Part shown: positions 62,264 to 64,000 of the stretch, in pieces
How the letters are laid out: the number at the start of each line of letters is the position of its first letter
Position numbering within the stretch: the stretch's first letter is position 1
Source of the DNA: Bdellovibrionales bacterium
Lineage (GTDB): Bacteria > Bdellovibrionota > Bdellovibrionia > Bdellovibrionales > JAUICD01
NCBI GenBank assembly: GCA_965197425.1
Contig: CBDANC010000013.1
Span: 1-64,000 of the forward strand
Length of the DNA: 64,000 bases
Direction: 5' to 3'
Made by a program: the position numbers and the translations under genes
The notes under the pieces: model-generated
Databases searched by the model: none
What the model saw: only the letters and a program-made list of their open reading frames with translations
Told to the model about the DNA's origin: nothing

Positions 62264-63181
62264 TTATAAACCTTGTTTTTCTAACCATCTTTCTGCATCA
62301 ATGGCGGCCATGCAACCACTGCCTGCAGCCGTCACAGCTTGTCTATATACTGAGTCTTGTACATCACCTGATGCAAACACTCCATCTATAGAAGTATAAG
62401 TTGAGTTGTCTTTGGTTATGATATAACCATTTTCATTAAGTTTTAGTTGGCCTCTAAAAATTTCAGTATTAGGTACATGGCCTATTGCTATAAATAACCC
62501 CTGACATTTAAGAGTGGTAATTTTGTCACCACTTTTTAACTCCACTGCTTCAACACTATCCTTACCTTTAATGTCATGAATTTCAGAGTTCCATACTACA
62601 TCTATCTTTGGATTATTTATGGCTCTATCGGCCATAATTTTACTAGCTCTAAACTTATCTCTTCTATGGACAATATAAACTCTATTAGCAAATCTGGTCA
62701 AAAAATTTGCTTCCTCCATAGCTGTATCTCCTCCACCAACTACAACAACATCTTGATTTTTAAAAAAAGCCCCATCACAAGTAGCACACGCAGATACCCC
62801 TTTTCCCATTAATCTGGATTCTGATGGAAGCCCTAAAAATTTCGCATTAGCCCCAGTGGATAGAATCACACTATGTGAGTTATATTCCTTATCCCCTACC
62901 CAAACTTTAAAAGGTTGTACATTGAAATCTACTTTTGTAACATCACTTGTGATGTACTCCGTACCAAATCTGCCAGCCTGCTTTCTAAATACATCCATGA
63001 GTTCAGGGCCTGCTATTTTGTTTTCAAACCCTGGGTAGTTTTCCACATCAGATGTAATCATTAGCTGCCCACCTGCACTAAATCCTTCAATACAGAGTGG
63101 GTTCAAGTTAGCCCTGGCTGCATATATAGCAGCAGTTAAACCTGCAGGACCTGAGCCAATAATAATTACCTTATGAATCAT
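62264..63181 (-). CDS. trxB: Thioredoxin reductase
   Basis: GSGPAGLTAAIY, CATCDG, GGGDTAMEEA, GDVQD..YRQA. Confidence 0.97.
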   Translation of the reverse strand: MIHKVIIIGSGPAGLTAAIYAARANLNPLCIEGFSAGGQLMITSDVENYPGFENKIAGPELMDVFRKQAGRFGTEYITSDVTKVDFNVQPFKVWVGDKEYNSHSVILSTGANAKFLGLPSESRLMGKGVSACATCDGAFFKNQDVVVVGGGDTAMEEANFLTRFANRVYIVHRRDKFRASKIMADRAINNPKIDVVWNSEIHDIKGKDSVEAVELKSGDKITTLKCQGLFIAIGHVPNTEIFRGQLKLNENGYIITKDNSTYTSIDGVFASGDVQDSVYRQAVTAAGSGCMAAIDAERWLEKQGL

Positions 63182-63272
63182 AGAGGAAGTTGTAATATCA
63201 GTAATACAAATTGTAAACAGTAAAACACCAAATAACTATAAAAAAGCAAAATTGCTCTTACACAAAGCAAGG

Positions 63273-64000
63273 TTAGTTAACAACTGGCCCACCTTTTGGT
63301 GGATTGTTTCCAAATAGATTATTCATATTGTCTATAAATCCTATGGCTAATGTTTTAACTTTCTCCCCTTTAGGTATTGTAAGAAACTTTTTATCGACAT
63401 TTGCCAACGACTTTGGAACATAAAAACCAAAAATAGGATGTTGTGTAAAATCACAGACTATTTCATTTTTTTGAATACTACTTACTACAGCTCTAGAAAT
63501 ATCTATTGGAAACCTGCTACCCGTTTCATAGTCACCACCTGTCCAACCTGTGTTTACTAACCACACACTAGCGTTGCTTTTTTTAACATACTCACTTAGT
63601 AACTTAGCATATACCATAGGGTGCCTTGGCATAAATGGTGCTCCAAAGCAGGCACTAAACACGCACTCAGGTTTTTTAACACCAATCTCAGTACCTGCAA
63701 CTTTTGCAGTATAGCCTGAAATAAAATAGTAAATTAACTGATCATTGGTAAGTTTAGCTACTAGAGGTAATGCTCCAAAAGCATCAGCTGTTAAAAATAT
63801 TATTGATTTAGGGAAGTCTGCAATTTTAGATTGATCAAACACACATCTTAATGCATCTAGTTTGTAAGAACCCCTCGTATTTTCTGTTCTACTACTGTCG
63901 TTAAAGTCAACTGTTCTAGCGTTTTCATCCATAACAACATTTTCTAATATCGAACCAAATAAATTGGCTGCCTTAAAGATTTCAGGTTCATTATCTTTAG
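63273..64000 (-). CDS. pckA: Phosphoenolpyruvate carboxykinase (ATP), C-terminal part
   Basis: EPEIF...LENV, TENTR, FLTADAFG, FISGYTAKVAGTE, FSACFGAPF, WLVNTGW. Confidence 0.95.
   Translation of the reverse strand, partial: KDNEPEIFKAANLFGSILENVVMDENARTVDFNDSSRTENTRGSYKLDALRCVFDQSKIADFPKSIIFLTADAFGALPLVAKLTNDQLIYYFISGYTAKVAGTEIGVKKPECVFSACFGAPFMPRHPMVYAKLLSEYVKKSNASVWLVNTGWTGGDYETGSRFPIDISRAVVSSIQKNEIVCDFTQHPIFGFYVPKSLANVDKKFLTIPKGEKVKTLAIGFIDNMNNLFGNNPPKGGPVVN

Overview
AT-rich bacterial chromosomal segment, most likely from a Bdellovibrionota (Bdellovibrionales-like) organism. This placement is inferred from the tmRNA tag GNDYALAA, the gene content and the pilin-like Cys-rich proteins. Several secreted ankyrin proteins hint at a host-associated lifestyle. 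Most of the window is housekeeping: CCA enzyme, grxC, acetoacetyl-CoA synthetase, pyk, fumC, topA, prc, 2-oxoacid dehydrogenase E1, aspartate aminotransferase, coaD, gcvP, glpX, pgsA, ogt, hppA, rlmL, add, split transketolase, dapD/lysC/lysA, trxB, pckA, three tRNAs and tmRNA. No transposase, integrase, prophage or CRISPR is visible. The striking content is three families of small repeats. (1) An 18-bp micro-palindrome (6-bp stem, 3-nt loop, 3-nt spacer; type unit ACC-AGTGGA-GTA-TCCACT) with covarying stems. About 24 units occur at 12 loci, 8 of them in frame inside fumC, topA, gcvP (4 sites) and an S8 protease (2 sites), read in four different frames. (2) A modular 100-250 bp hairpin element starting TAAAGGTCTTCCGAACGAAG, with more than 10 copies or remnants, one of them in frame in a prepilin-like leader. 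(3) A 7/8-mer tandem repeat at two loci. Also notable: a tRNA-Gly with a compensated A19-U56 elbow pair, a His/Lys/Arg- and Pro-repeat lipoprotein, and seven single-base frameshifts confined to 2.2-11.5 kb, probably assembly errors.
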